This document shows positions 8,227 through 17,981 of a stretch of DNA of 64,000 bases, one piece after another. Below the pieces are notes generated by a model. That model did not search any database and was not told the DNA's origin. It worked only from the letters and a program-made list of their open reading frames with translations. The stretch is taken from the IMG/VR virus record IMGVR_UViG_3300032305_002766, positions 15,366 through 79,365 of that record. One strand, 5' to 3'. The stretch comes from a virus (Duplodnaviria; Caudoviricetes). Every line of letters starts with the position of its first letter. The first letter of the stretch is position 1. The position numbers and the translations under genes were made by a program.

Positions 8227-9384
8227 TTAACGTTCCATTTCTTGTGCTTGAGTTATATACCAACCTAATGCACGTTGTAATATTCTTTTTTGGCGAGGAT
8301 TAATACGAGAATCTGATTCTAAGGATGATTTTAATTCTGTATGGTCTTGGATTTCTTCGTTGCCAAAAATATCAATCTTTTGAATATATTCTTTATATAA
8401 TGTTTTAGTTTCATCATCCATGTTATCCATGAATGAAGCTTCTTTTAATTTAGTTTTTTTTTTTACTTCGTTAGTTTTTTCAGCACCTAACATTTTAGCT
8501 ATAGCAATTAATGCTCCTGCTACTCCTGCTGTAATAGCTAATCCACCACCAAATCCAGTACCTGTTACTTTACCTACAATTAAAGGAATAAGTGGAATGA
8601 TCATTGATTTCATTAATCCACCACCTACATCACTTAATGCACCTGCTATTTGTTGTTTAATATCTCCTTCAGCTTCAAATAAAGATTCATCAATTTTAGT
8701 AATTACATCTTTAACTTCTGAATTTGCTGTAATGCCTTTTTTAGCTAATAATGATTTTAATTGGGCTTTTTGTTCATCTGTGAGTTTATCAAGAGCTGTT
8801 TCGATTGCAGGGTTTGCTTCAACTGCAGATTCAACTTTATCACCTACAGCAGCTGCTTCTTCGGCTTCATTTAGGTATTTTTTTCCAAAGAAATAATCAA
8901 TTGGATCTTTAACATCTCCTATTATTCCTAAACTTATAACACCTCCTATAGATTCATTTAAAGGTTTAGAAATTTTTTCTAATTTTGCTTTATATTCACT
9001 TTCAGTAAGAATACCTGCTCTTTTTTGTAATTTAAGTTGTTCTTTTGTCATTTCGTTTTGTTTAAACATGTTTTGTTCTCTAAGAAATCCACCCCCACTT
9101 CTTCTAACTGTGGTTTGGTTTGAAGCTCCAAATTGTCTATTTGGACTAGTATTTACAGTTCCTCTGGCAGCATCTGCTTTTTCCATATAATCTTTTAATT
9201 CACTAGCAAAACCTTTTAAAGGTTCATGTGTATCAAGTAAAGATTTTAAACTTTCTTTTCCTTCACTGTTAGCCCAAAAATAGGCTGATTGGAATTCATC
9301 TTTAAGGTTTTCATCTTTTAAATTAGAATATCGAGAAAGAAACTTTTCAGCATTCATATCAGATATTTCATTCAATTTACTCAT
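8227..9384 (-). CDS. Hypothetical head-associated protein with a hydrophobic Gly-rich segment
   Basis: 385 aa between protease and scaffold; repeated LNE/LRE/LTE/LFE/LKE motifs; hydrophobic stretch GGGLMKSMIIPLIPLIVG...LAITAGVAGALIAIAKMLG. Confidence 0.6.
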   Translation of the reverse strand: MSKLNEISDMNAEKFLSRYSNLKDENLKDEFQSAYFWANSEGKESLKSLLDTHEPLKGFASELKDYMEKADAARGTVNTSPNRQFGASNQTTVRRSGGGFLREQNMFKQNEMTKEQLKLQKRAGILTESEYKAKLEKISKPLNESIGGVISLGIIGDVKDPIDYFFGKKYLNEAEEAAAVGDKVESAVEANPAIETALDKLTDEQKAQLKSLLAKKGITANSEVKDVITKIDESLFEAEGDIKQQIAGALSDVGGGLMKSMIIPLIPLIVGKVTGTGFGGGLAITAGVAGALIAIAKMLGAEKTNEVKKKTKLKEASFMDNMDDETKTLYKEYIQKIDIFGNEEIQDHTELKSSLESDSRINPRQKRILQRALGWYITQAQEMER

Positions 9385-9395
9385 TGGGTTTTATT

Positions 9396-10004
9396 TTAAA
9401 ATATAGGACAAGTGCCATTAGCACATAATATGTCAGTTAATAATGAGTTTACTTTTGAATATGGGTTTTTATTTACTTTATTTTCTTTACCTTCTTTAAC
9501 CAAATGCATGTATGAACCTGGGTTAGAAGGGGTTGATACAAAATCCCAACATAATAATTCAAAATCATCTTGTACCTCTAATGTTTCACCAATTTGTTTT
9601 AATGAACCCATTCCACGAGATGATACACCTACTGTAACATTATTTTCAATAAGTGCTTTTAAAATATTACCGGATACTGTAGGGAGAATTTCTATTTTAC
9701 CTAATACTTTATCTCCATCCCACCAACAATCTCTAATGATGTGAGATACATTTTTAAGATTAATAATAGAAGAATCAGGGTGATCTAATTCACCTGTTGC
9801 TCTATTTCCTCTAACAACATCTTGGTATTTGTTAATTTCTCGTTCCCATAATTCTTTAGGATAATATCTTCCATTTCCGTTTTTAACTTCAGCTGTGGCT
9901 AATATTCCTTCAACTAATGGGTTTCCGGAAGGTGCTTTCATACCTTCAGTTAGTTGAAGTGGAGATACTGAAAAGGGAATGGTTTCTATTAATACTTGTT
10001 TCAT
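9396..10004 (-). CDS. gp21: Prohead core protease, T4 gp21-like
   Basis: KNGNGRYYP, GELDHP, VSHII, GVSSRGMGSL, DFVSTPSNPGSY motifs. Confidence 0.95.
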   Translation of the reverse strand: MKQVLIETIPFSVSPLQLTEGMKAPSGNPLVEGILATAEVKNGNGRYYPKELWEREINKYQDVVRGNRATGELDHPDSSIINLKNVSHIIRDCWWDGDKVLGKIEILPTVSGNILKALIENNVTVGVSSRGMGSLKQIGETLEVQDDFELLCWDFVSTPSNPGSYMHLVKEGKENKVNKNPYSKVNSLLTDILCANGTCPIF

Positions 10005-10007
10005 AGG

Positions 10008-10622
10008 TTATTTTTTATCTAAATCACCGTATCCACTTGATTTGTATTTTCCTTTAGGAGCTTTTGGTTCACCTAATCCAGGTGCTTCAACTTGGTATCC
10101 AATTCCTTTAACACCAGCAAAAGCATTTGTATGATAATAGTTAATATCTTTAGCCATGTTTTTAGCAACAATAGCTTTTAATTCATCAACAGTTTTTTTA
10201 GCATTTTTAGGATCACCCATTTCAGTTAAATAACCTAATAAAAATGATTGACCATAAAGGTTATCAATATTTTTAGGATCTTTATTATTAAAATTAGCTT
10301 TATCTAAAGTATCTTGAACAGCTTTATCGATTTTAGAGAATTTGTTTTGATCACCATATTCTTCTTTATCTTTAACCCCAACAGCTTCAACTATTTTTTC
10401 ATTAAAAATTTTAAACCAATTAGGTTGAGATTTAGATTGAGTAACTACTCCTCCAACACCTTCACTTAAAAGACTTTTGCTTTTTAAAATAGAGACAGCA
10501 GAATTAAAATCATTTCCATGAGCTATATATTCGGGGAATAAGTTTCTAGCTACTTTAAGAAAATGATCTTTGTTACCTTTTCCTTCTTTTATTAATTGAT
10601 ATTCTTGTTGTAATGTTTTCAT
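10008..10622 (-). CDS. Hypothetical head-module protein
   Basis: 204-aa ORF in the head operon; IKE/LSE/IVE motifs; motif TATAAATG (plus strand, 10627..10634) just upstream. Confidence 0.6.
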   Translation of the reverse strand: MKTLQQEYQLIKEGKGNKDHFLKVARNLFPEYIAHGNDFNSAVSILKSKSLLSEGVGGVVTQSKSQPNWFKIFNEKIVEAVGVKDKEEYGDQNKFSKIDKAVQDTLDKANFNNKDPKNIDNLYGQSFLLGYLTEMGDPKNAKKTVDELKAIVAKNMAKDINYYHTNAFAGVKGIGYQVEAPGLGEPKAPKGKYKSSGYGDLDKK

Positions 10623-10634
10623 TTATTATAAATG

Positions 10635-10907
10635 TTAATTAAAAAATAATACATTATTACTAGTAGCATCTAATGAAGCACTAGTAACAAAAATAGGATA
10701 ATATCCCGGAGAGAAAAATAAAGCAGGTGATGAGCCTGATAGGGCTAGTTCTCTATTACCTCCGTCTTTTAGTCCTCTAAAATGAGCTACGGTTGCTTGG
10801 GGATTAACTGATGTATTAGGGCATACAATAAAACCAGCAAATGAGCCGGTTATAGATTGACCTTGTATTAAAGGTACTGCAGTTGCATTTACAGGTATAT
10901 TTGCCAT
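10635..10907 (-). CDS. Small hypothetical protein (possible capsid decoration)
   Basis: 90-aa beta-rich, S/G/P-rich ORF tightly packed in the head operon. Confidence 0.5.
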   Translation of the reverse strand: MANIPVNATAVPLIQGQSITGSFAGFIVCPNTSVNPQATVAHFRGLKDGGNRELALSGSSPALFFSPGYYPIFVTSASLDATSNNVLFFN

Positions 10908-10910
10908 TTT

Positions 10911-11462
10911 TTAATCTTTAAAAAGTTCTATTAAATCGTCTAAATAATCATTTGCAATGTCGGTACCATATAAAACGTTATAAGATGGTTGGTTTCTATA
11001 GTAATCCATTGTTTTGTGTTTTGCTGCTTGAAGTAAAGGAAGTAATTCGTTTAATTTAGCTTCTAAAGTATCAAATCCTAAAATTCTACCAGCAATAAAT
11101 TTTCTTAAAGAAGCATCTACATCTATGTCATTTAAAAATGATTCAACATCTGTATTAGCTTCCCATAATTTTTTAACTTCAATTCCTTTGGCTTTTTTCG
11201 CTAGTGCATCTTTATTAACTAATTTATATTTAAATTGTTTAACATATACATTATCTTTTACACCTTCAGGACCTGCTTTAGGACCAGGACCCATATTTGC
11301 TCCCGGGCCTTCAGCTACTTTTTTATATCCTGCTTGAGAATATGCTCCATAAGTGCTTTTTCTTGGAGATGGACCATTGTGGTTTTCTCCTTCTCCTCCT
11401 GAGGTAAATCCTGAGTTGGAAGCAATTGTAGAGTCTTCTTTTATTTTATATTTGTACTTCAC
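10911..11462 (-). CDS. Hypothetical head-module protein
   Basis: 183 aa; Gly/Pro-rich N-half with IKE, VAE, LWE motifs. Confidence 0.6.
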   Translation of the reverse strand: MKYKYKIKEDSTIASNSGFTSGGEGENHNGPSPRKSTYGAYSQAGYKKVAEGPGANMGPGPKAGPEGVKDNVYVKQFKYKLVNKDALAKKAKGIEVKKLWEANTDVESFLNDIDVDASLRKFIAGRILGFDTLEAKLNELLPLLQAAKHKTMDYYRNQPSYNVLYGTDIANDYLDDLIELFKD

Positions 11463-12315
11463 TACTTGCCTTTTTTAATTCTTCTAAAAGTTCATAGTAT
11501 TGTAACAAATTAACTAAATCATCATTACCCACTTTGGAAAGTTTTCCTAGTGGGGTTAATAAATTATTAACTTCTTTTAATTTTATCTGTACTGCTTTAT
11601 CACTAACATTTTCTGAGATTATAGTGATTTGGGTTTTAATTTCGGAAACTTTAGTATTATAAAATTCTTTTAATTTTGGAGTTGAATCAACTGAATTAAT
11701 GAATTCTTTTAATACTTCTTTTTGGTTATCATTCAATGTAGCGTACTTACCATTGAATTTTTCTAACATTACTTTATATGTAAGAATACGTAAATCTTTA
11801 TCATATGATTGGAATTCCTCAATTAAATCATCTTCTACTTTTTGTTTATTAAATTGTTTAGTAGTTAATGTTTCTAAAAGAGCAATTTTATTTGATATAA
11901 TTTGATCGGGATTTGATAGATTCTCACTGTTATAAATCTCTACTAAAGTATATAAAGCAGCATGTGATTTATAATTTGGAAGTTTTGTTGAAAAAAATTC
12001 TTCTAAATCATAATATTTAGAAATTTCGTTAATCAAATTATATTTTTGTCTTTTAAGAGTACTTCTATTTAAATTTTTAGAAGATTCAATAACTGAAGTG
12101 ATTACTAATTCAGCTTTACCTTCCGTTAAATTTTTGTGTTTAGTAAGAGTTTCATATAATTTATATTCTCTTCCTAATTCTGTTTTGACAAAATATTTTT
12201 TAAGAACATCTGTAGCTTTAGAATCTTTACCTGATAATGTGTCCGATGTTATCTGACGCACAAGCAATTCAAATAAAATTCCCGTATTCTTATACTTAGA
12301 ATGTTTAATAGTCAT
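11446..12315 (-). CDS. Hypothetical helical protein between portal and protease
   Basis: 289-aa ORF with typical coding bias; exact late-type motif upstream (12331..12338). Confidence 0.7.
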   Translation of the reverse strand: MTIKHSKYKNTGILFELLVRQITSDTLSGKDSKATDVLKKYFVKTELGREYKLYETLTKHKNLTEGKAELVITSVIESSKNLNRSTLKRQKYNLINEISKYYDLEEFFSTKLPNYKSHAALYTLVEIYNSENLSNPDQIISNKIALLETLTTKQFNKQKVEDDLIEEFQSYDKDLRILTYKVMLEKFNGKYATLNDNQKEVLKEFINSVDSTPKLKEFYNTKVSEIKTQITIISENVSDKAVQIKLKEVNNLLTPLGKLSKVGNDDLVNLLQYYELLEELKKASSEVQI

Positions 12316-12330
12316 TCCTATGATTTTTGT

Positions 12331-12338
12331 TATAAATA
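12331..12338 (-). promoter_or_regulatory. Conserved upstream motif (sense TATTTATA)
   Basis: Exact copy 15 nt upstream of the start at 12315. Confidence 0.6.
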
Positions 12339-12349
12339 TATAAAGATTC

Positions 12350-14242
12350 TTACTCTCTTATTTGATTTTCATCTAATAATGATTCTTTTGATTTATCCTT
12401 ACTAATATTTAAACTTTCAATTAAAGTTTTATGTTTAAGATAAATTTGTTTAGCTTCTAATGCTAATGGAGAGCCACCTTTATATTCAGGTTTAATTGAA
12501 TTTGATTCATTATCGTCTTTTTTCATACCTCTAGTACCTAATCTATCTTTACCAAAATTATCATCTTGTGTATTTCTATTAGTAGATTTTTCTTCAGGAC
12601 GACCTAATTTTGAATCCTCATCATATCCTGCAGGTACATTATCGGGTTCTGAATACATTCTTCCTTTACCATATAATGAAGCTAAATCATGTGGGGTACC
12701 ATAAGATTTACCAGTTACTTTAGGGTCATTACCTTCGGCTTCAATTTGAGCGTAACGGAATCTACGTTTCTGGTCTTCAAGGAGTAAATCTCTATATTCA
12801 TCGTATTCATCTTCACTGAAATGGAAGATATTATCATATATCCAATCTGTAGGTAATAATTTAGCTTCCATAATTTTTTGGGCTAAATCTACTTTTTGGG
12901 TTAACAATGCAATTTTTTCCTGATCATAAATGATTGAAGGAGTCGTTAAACGAAGTTCAAAGTTTGTTAATGCTTCGTCTCTATAACCTTGTGAATATAA
13001 ATGCACTAAAGCAATTTTATATAATTCCGAAACAGTAATACGTTGGATACGATCAATTGTACGAGCAAAACGAATATCTTCTGCTGCAAGTGTTGCTTTA
13101 CCTGTTAAATCCTTTTCGTAACCCATAAATGCTTTAGGAACTTTAAGGGCAGCAAATAATTTATCACGTAAATAGGTAACATCTTGAATACCATCATATT
13201 GTAAACCAGGAGCGGTTTCAATTTTAGTTGATGTGTCATTCCCACGAATAGGAATATAAAAATCTTCAAGTAAGTTTTGTTGATTATATTTTAAATTATA
13301 CTCACCCGTTTGTCCATCCATTAAAGGAGTACGTTTCATTGTAGAAATTGTTTTCTGCATGAAGTTTTCTACCTCGTTTGGTGGAATTGAACCTACGTTA
13401 ATATAAAAAATACGACGATCTGGAGAGCGAGAAATTCTATGAACTAACATCGCATCTTCCATTAAAACATATTGTTTGAAAATACGGCGAGCAGGTTCTA
13501 GATATGAACGACCATAAGGAAGATAATTAACATCAGTTAACAATCTAAAATGAGCCATTTCATAATTATCAAAGAAAATTCCTTCTGTTTTATCGTTTTG
13601 GACTTGTCCTAATGTTGGTGTACCATAATAACCTGACCCACCTGCATAAATACCTTCAGGTGAATATCTAAATCGTACAGCATTTGGATGCTCTTTATCG
13701 TAGTTTTCTTGTCTTTCAATATGATATGCAGTATATGGGATTACATTATAAACACCATATTTTTCTGCAATTTCCATTTTTAAGAAGAAATCACCGTATT
13801 TACACATTTGGCGAATCCAAGACCAAAGGTTAAATTCGATATTTAATACATCGTAAAATAAATTGTAAAGAACTTGTTGAATATCTTCGTCGTTTGAACG
13901 AATTTGCAATACTTCACCTAAGTCATTTTTTAATGTAGATTCATCTGAAATAATATCAAGAGCTGAAGCGACAATTGCATCGTAATCCATATTGTCATAG
14001 TCTGAATAGACCATGGTTCTCAAGTATTGCCAATTGACATTTAATTGGGAACCTAATAATGAAGTGGATGTTGGGGAATATAAGCGATTATATCTATCTA
14101 AAATTGAATTAGTTGCTACATCGCCCGAACGTTGAATTGAATCAACATCTATTACTTTTAATTCATTTCCACCCTGATTACGGATGATTACGTCTGTTGA
14201 AAACAAACGTTGCAATCGGGTAAATAAAGTAGTATCGGCCAT
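12350..14242 (-). CDS. gp20: Portal protein, T4 gp20-like
   Basis: LMEDAMLVHRISRSPDRRIFYINVG, LEDFYIPIRG, FAALKVPKAFMG, EDIRFARTIDRIQ motifs. Confidence 0.95.
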   Translation of the reverse strand: MADTTLFTRLQRLFSTDVIIRNQGGNELKVIDVDSIQRSGDVATNSILDRYNRLYSPTSTSLLGSQLNVNWQYLRTMVYSDYDNMDYDAIVASALDIISDESTLKNDLGEVLQIRSNDEDIQQVLYNLFYDVLNIEFNLWSWIRQMCKYGDFFLKMEIAEKYGVYNVIPYTAYHIERQENYDKEHPNAVRFRYSPEGIYAGGSGYYGTPTLGQVQNDKTEGIFFDNYEMAHFRLLTDVNYLPYGRSYLEPARRIFKQYVLMEDAMLVHRISRSPDRRIFYINVGSIPPNEVENFMQKTISTMKRTPLMDGQTGEYNLKYNQQNLLEDFYIPIRGNDTSTKIETAPGLQYDGIQDVTYLRDKLFAALKVPKAFMGYEKDLTGKATLAAEDIRFARTIDRIQRITVSELYKIALVHLYSQGYRDEALTNFELRLTTPSIIYDQEKIALLTQKVDLAQKIMEAKLLPTDWIYDNIFHFSEDEYDEYRDLLLEDQKRRFRYAQIEAEGNDPKVTGKSYGTPHDLASLYGKGRMYSEPDNVPAGYDEDSKLGRPEEKSTNRNTQDDNFGKDRLGTRGMKKDDNESNSIKPEYKGGSPLALEAKQIYLKHKTLIESLNISKDKSKESLLDENQIRE

Positions 14243-14260
14243 TTTAATTTAAGTTATATG

Positions 14261-14268
14261 TATAAATA
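14261..14268 (-). promoter_or_regulatory. Conserved upstream motif (sense TATTTATA)
   Basis: Exact copy 18 nt upstream of the portal start. Confidence 0.6.
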
Positions 14269-15837
14269 TTACAATATCCAGCTAATATCTTCAGATCCAT
14301 GATCTGTTTTTATATTATAGGGATTTGGAATATTATTTCTGTTATAAGCACCAACATACGTACTCTTACTCATGCTTCCAAGCATAGCTCGAGTTAAATC
14401 ATGGGATTGTTGTTGGAATTTTAGTGATGTATCTCTTAAAAACATTCCTATACCAAAAGCCATCACTAAGTCATCATTGTAACCAGTTTGTGCTTCAGGT
14501 CTACCGTTTTTCCAAACGAATACTTTCATTTCTTCTAATAATCGTTTCGAACGGATTGTTACTGAATGATCACCAACATACTCTCTAAATTTGTTTATAA
14601 CAAGAGGTCTTGTTCTTAGGGACATTGTAAAACCAGGTGTCATTTCCGAACCACCTTCAAATACTCGTAAATAGGATTCAGCTGTTAATTGGTCAGATTT
14701 TGGTGAATGGTATAAATTTCTATATCCCCTTTCAATAATAGCATCTAATGTAGCCCAACCAATTGAGGCATTTTCAACTACTAGCATTGCATTATTGTAT
14801 TCGGAAGCTAAACCAACTAAGAAATAACCATATTCTTTAGGCGGTAATTGACCTCGATATTCAGCAACTTGTGTATTTGTTGCAATATCAATTACATGAC
14901 ATGCCGAAGAGTCTTTTCCATCTCCACGAGCAACGTCTGCCAATATCATGTATTCACGTGTGTAGTCTGCAGGTTCCCACACCCATAGATTTTGATCGAC
15001 TCCTCTACGCTCAATTGGGTCTTTAATTGTTGTTTCTTTTATAAAATCAATCCATTCAGGATAAAATACAACATCCCCTGAGGTACTAAAGTCACAATCA
15101 CATTCTTGGGCTGCTAATCTAGGATCACCTAATAATTCATCTTGTCGTTTCCTCCAGGCTTCATCTCGTTCAGGGTGGACGTACCATGGAAGTTTAATTG
15201 GTAAGAAATCGTTTTCTGCATTTTCAGCAGAAACCCATGTTTTATGAAACCAGTTACCGGTACCGTAAGGGGTTGATAATACTATCGCTCCACCACCTGT
15301 TGCTAAGGTTTGTTGTGCTGATGCCCAAATCTCACCAATTTGTTCAATAAATGCGGCCTCATCCACTATCAATAAAGATACTGCTTCTGATCGACCTGCA
15401 TCACTACTTGCTGAAGTAGCTTTGATTTGGGACCCATTACTTAATCGTAATGATAATTTATTATTTTCCTCTGCTTGTATTTTTAACCAGGAAGGTAAGT
15501 TATCAAACATAAACTTAACCTTTGTAACCATGTTACGAGCGGTTTCCTGTTTAGTTGCAATACAAAGTACATTTTTATCTTTATGGAATAACATTAACCA
15601 CAAGGAATAACCTGCTGCTAATGTTGATATACCTAATTGTCTAGATTTTAATACAACTGAATATGGATTGTCTCTAAATAAACGTAATGTTTTTTCCTGG
15701 AAGGGATAAAGGTTAAATAAGACTCTACCTCTTTGAGGATGTTGGATGTGGCAATACTTTTTCATAAAGTGAGCCGGATCTTGGGCACACTTTAAGTATT
15801 CCTCACGTATTATTTGTTTTAAATCAGGTTGACTCAT
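14269..15837 (-). CDS. gp17: Terminase large subunit, T4 gp17-like
   Basis: LYPFQ, KSRQLGIST Walker A, LIVDEAAF Walker B, STPYG, ADVARGDGKDSS and GYNDDLVMA nuclease motifs. Confidence 0.95.
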   Translation of the reverse strand: MSQPDLKQIIREEYLKCAQDPAHFMKKYCHIQHPQRGRVLFNLYPFQEKTLRLFRDNPYSVVLKSRQLGISTLAAGYSLWLMLFHKDKNVLCIATKQETARNMVTKVKFMFDNLPSWLKIQAEENNKLSLRLSNGSQIKATSASSDAGRSEAVSLLIVDEAAFIEQIGEIWASAQQTLATGGGAIVLSTPYGTGNWFHKTWVSAENAENDFLPIKLPWYVHPERDEAWRKRQDELLGDPRLAAQECDCDFSTSGDVVFYPEWIDFIKETTIKDPIERRGVDQNLWVWEPADYTREYMILADVARGDGKDSSACHVIDIATNTQVAEYRGQLPPKEYGYFLVGLASEYNNAMLVVENASIGWATLDAIIERGYRNLYHSPKSDQLTAESYLRVFEGGSEMTPGFTMSLRTRPLVINKFREYVGDHSVTIRSKRLLEEMKVFVWKNGRPEAQTGYNDDLVMAFGIGMFLRDTSLKFQQQSHDLTRAMLGSMSKSTYVGAYNRNNIPNPYNIKTDHGSEDISWIL

Positions 15838-15838
15838 G

Positions 15839-16267
15839 TTATTTAACTACTACCAATGTAAAAACAGCAAGTAGAGAAGTTACGAATCCTCCACCTAACC
15901 ATTTAATTCCTTTCTTTAGGTTATTATTTTTATTGGTAAGGTCAGTTACATCTTTTTCTAGCCCTTTAATTACAGTATCTTGTACCGTAACAATCTTTTC
16001 ATAGTCTGCTACTTGTTTAAGATAATTTTTTTCTTTAGCTATATAAATACTGATTGTACTATCTTTGGCGTCAATTTTTTCATTTAACTGCCATACCATT
16101 TTATTTATAACTTTTAATTCAGCAATAGCAGAATCACCTCGTGTAAGATCAATTGCAATTGATCGTGCTTTATCGTGAGAAAAACAAATTTTATCTGTAA
16201 CGGTCTGAGAAAAACTGTTCGAGCTCAGTATTAGAAGCACTAGTAAGATCTTTAATTTTATTGCCAT
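15839..16267 (-). CDS. Secreted/membrane coiled-coil protein, spanin-like candidate
   Basis: N-terminal signal peptide, coiled coil and C-terminal hydrophobic helix; overlaps the adjacent gene by 77 nt. Confidence 0.4.
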   Translation of the reverse strand: MAIKLKILLVLLILSSNSFSQTVTDKICFSHDKARSIAIDLTRGDSAIAELKVINKMVWQLNEKIDAKDSTISIYIAKEKNYLKQVADYEKIVTVQDTVIKGLEKDVTDLTNKNNNLKKGIKWLGGGFVTSLLAVFTLVVVK

Positions 16268-16553
16268 AATATGTGCGTGTTGTTTGTAGCTCTTGTTCTG
16301 TGTGTTTAATTTCTATATTTAATGAATCAACAATATGATTTTGTTGGTCAAGGTTTTTATTTAAAATTTTTTGACCTTCTTTTAATAAAAAAATATTGTT
16401 TTTTAAACGTTCAATTTCTTTTTTTTCTTTAGAGTATTTGTCTACTGTAGAAGTTGTAGGTTTAAAATAAGTTAAAAGTATTAAACACAATAAAAGTATC
16501 CCACCTATAATAAGACGGGATAACTTTATTTTAAATATTTTATCTTTAATCAT
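16191..16553 (-). CDS. Inner-membrane-anchored coiled-coil protein, i-spanin-like candidate
   Basis: N-terminal TM helix LIIGGILLLCLILLTYF followed by a coiled coil; start moved to MIKDK, next to the upstream stop. Confidence 0.45.
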   Translation of the reverse strand: MIKDKIFKIKLSRLIIGGILLLCLILLTYFKPTTSTVDKYSKEKKEIERLKNNIFLLKEGQKILNKNLDQQNHIVDSLNIEIKHTEQELQTTRTYYGNKIKDLTSASNTELEQFFSDRYR

Positions 16554-16554
16554 A

Positions 16555-17118
16555 TTACCCAATTACACCTGATACTAGTGAATCTAAACTAGCACCTTTA
16601 GCTTTAAATAAATCTTTTACTTCTTGCTTGTTAATAAGACTTTTTAATACTTTTAAATCATCAGATTTAACTCTTTCTGACTTAGGCATGTCTTTTAACT
16701 TATTAACTTTAGCTGTAATGCCTTTTTTTAATTTATCGTATCTTTCTTCTTCAGCTGAAGTAAGTTTTTTAGCATGTTTAGAATTTTTACCTAATTCTTT
16801 TTCTGCTTTTTTCAAATCAGCAGCTGTTGGTTCTTTATCATCGTCATCATCTTCTCCTTCAGGAAGTAAATCAGCTGGGATTGGTTGTTTGGATTGGATG
16901 GCTTTATTGATTTTGGCTTGTCTAGCTTTAGAAGCATTTAAAGATGCAATTGCTGCTTTTTTATTTTCGATATCAGTTGTTTGAGTAACTTTAAGGGTTA
17001 AGTCTTTTACTGTATCATCAATTGCTGTTTTAGCTGCTGTGTTTGCAGCCATATCTTGAGGGGTTAATTCTGCTAGGATAGCTTCGCGAATATATTCTTT
17101 TAATTCAGATTTTTTCAT
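16555..17118 (-). CDS. Hypothetical protein with MKKSELKEYIRE N-terminal leader (putative head cargo)
   Basis: Leader shared with other ORFs; motif CATAAATA (plus strand, 17133..17140) upstream. Confidence 0.65.
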   Translation of the reverse strand: MKKSELKEYIREAILAELTPQDMAANTAAKTAIDDTVKDLTLKVTQTTDIENKKAAIASLNASKARQAKINKAIQSKQPIPADLLPEGEDDDDDKEPTAADLKKAEKELGKNSKHAKKLTSAEEERYDKLKKGITAKVNKLKDMPKSERVKSDDLKVLKSLINKQEVKDLFKAKGASLDSLVSGVIG

Positions 17119-17140
17119 TTTAGAATTTTGATCATAAATA

Positions 17141-17671
17141 TTATAAGGAAAGGGTTTCTTTCACTTGTTTCATGCGTTCTTCAGTTGAACCTTTAATTTC
17201 AATGAAATTTTTAATTTTATGATTATATTTTCGCAACAATGTTTTAATTTCAGTATCAATCTTTTTTCTATATTCTAAATCAGTTGTACGAATACCATTA
17301 TCTTCTACTTCAACACCTTCAGGAGAAACATAAAATAAATAATCATATTCCTGGATAAGGTGGTTTGCAAAATTAGAAAAATCTTCTGCTTGAATGTGAC
17401 TAATTGATGTAGCTGATAGAGCAAAAGCCATAACATCAATTACTGTACGATCAGTAATAATATTTTCCTGCATCAATTCACTAGCACGTTCTGCTAGAAA
17501 AATAGTTTGACCTTTAACCGTTGAGTCTGTATTCAATGGGATACCTAATTCCATTAAATACTTAGAACGCTCTGTTCTAAATGTATAATTCTTAAATTCA
17601 GGTAATTTTTTCAATGCTTTTACAAGCGTTGTTTTACCTACTGACATTGTTCCGCAAAAACCTATCTTCAT
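17141..17671 (-). CDS. P-loop nucleotide kinase (NadR/AAA_28-like)
   Basis: GFCGTMSVGKTT, IITDRTVID, YDYLFYVSP motifs. Confidence 0.8.
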   Translation of the reverse strand: MKIGFCGTMSVGKTTLVKALKKLPEFKNYTFRTERSKYLMELGIPLNTDSTVKGQTIFLAERASELMQENIITDRTVIDVMAFALSATSISHIQAEDFSNFANHLIQEYDYLFYVSPEGVEVEDNGIRTTDLEYRKKIDTEIKTLLRKYNHKIKNFIEIKGSTEERMKQVKETLSL

Positions 17672-17672
17672 A

Positions 17673-17945
17673 TTAAAATCGTGTTGTTCCTTTCATTGAT
17701 GAATTCTTATACCAAGGTAATCCTTCTCTACTTTTAAGAGTTTCTTTATATAATTTCTCAGTATATTTAATCCCATTAAGATAGTATTCTTTTTTCAATT
17801 TACAATCTTTATCAACAGGTTCAATTGCTGGACCATCCCAATTGTGGAGTTTCCAACTTGATTCTCCAAGTAATTTAATGAAATGATGTTTAGCACCATT
17901 CATTTTCATTACTTTTAAGTCATATAGTTTTTCTTTAGTTTCCAT
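17673..17945 (-). CDS. Hypothetical protein (LHNWDGPA motif)
   Basis: 90 aa; KLHNWDGPAIE...EYYLNG pattern seen in small phage proteins. Confidence 0.6.
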   Translation of the reverse strand: METKEKLYDLKVMKMNGAKHHFIKLLGESSWKLHNWDGPAIEPVDKDCKLKKEYYLNGIKYTEKLYKETLKSREGLPWYKNSSMKGTTRF

Positions 17946-17981
17946 ATTGTAAATGTAATAAAAATATTTTAAATATCCTAA

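Noticed and set aside
8452-8464. Long A run in the 8227..9384 gene
   Set aside because: The frame stays open (EVKKKTKLKE) and no alternative-frame extension is needed.
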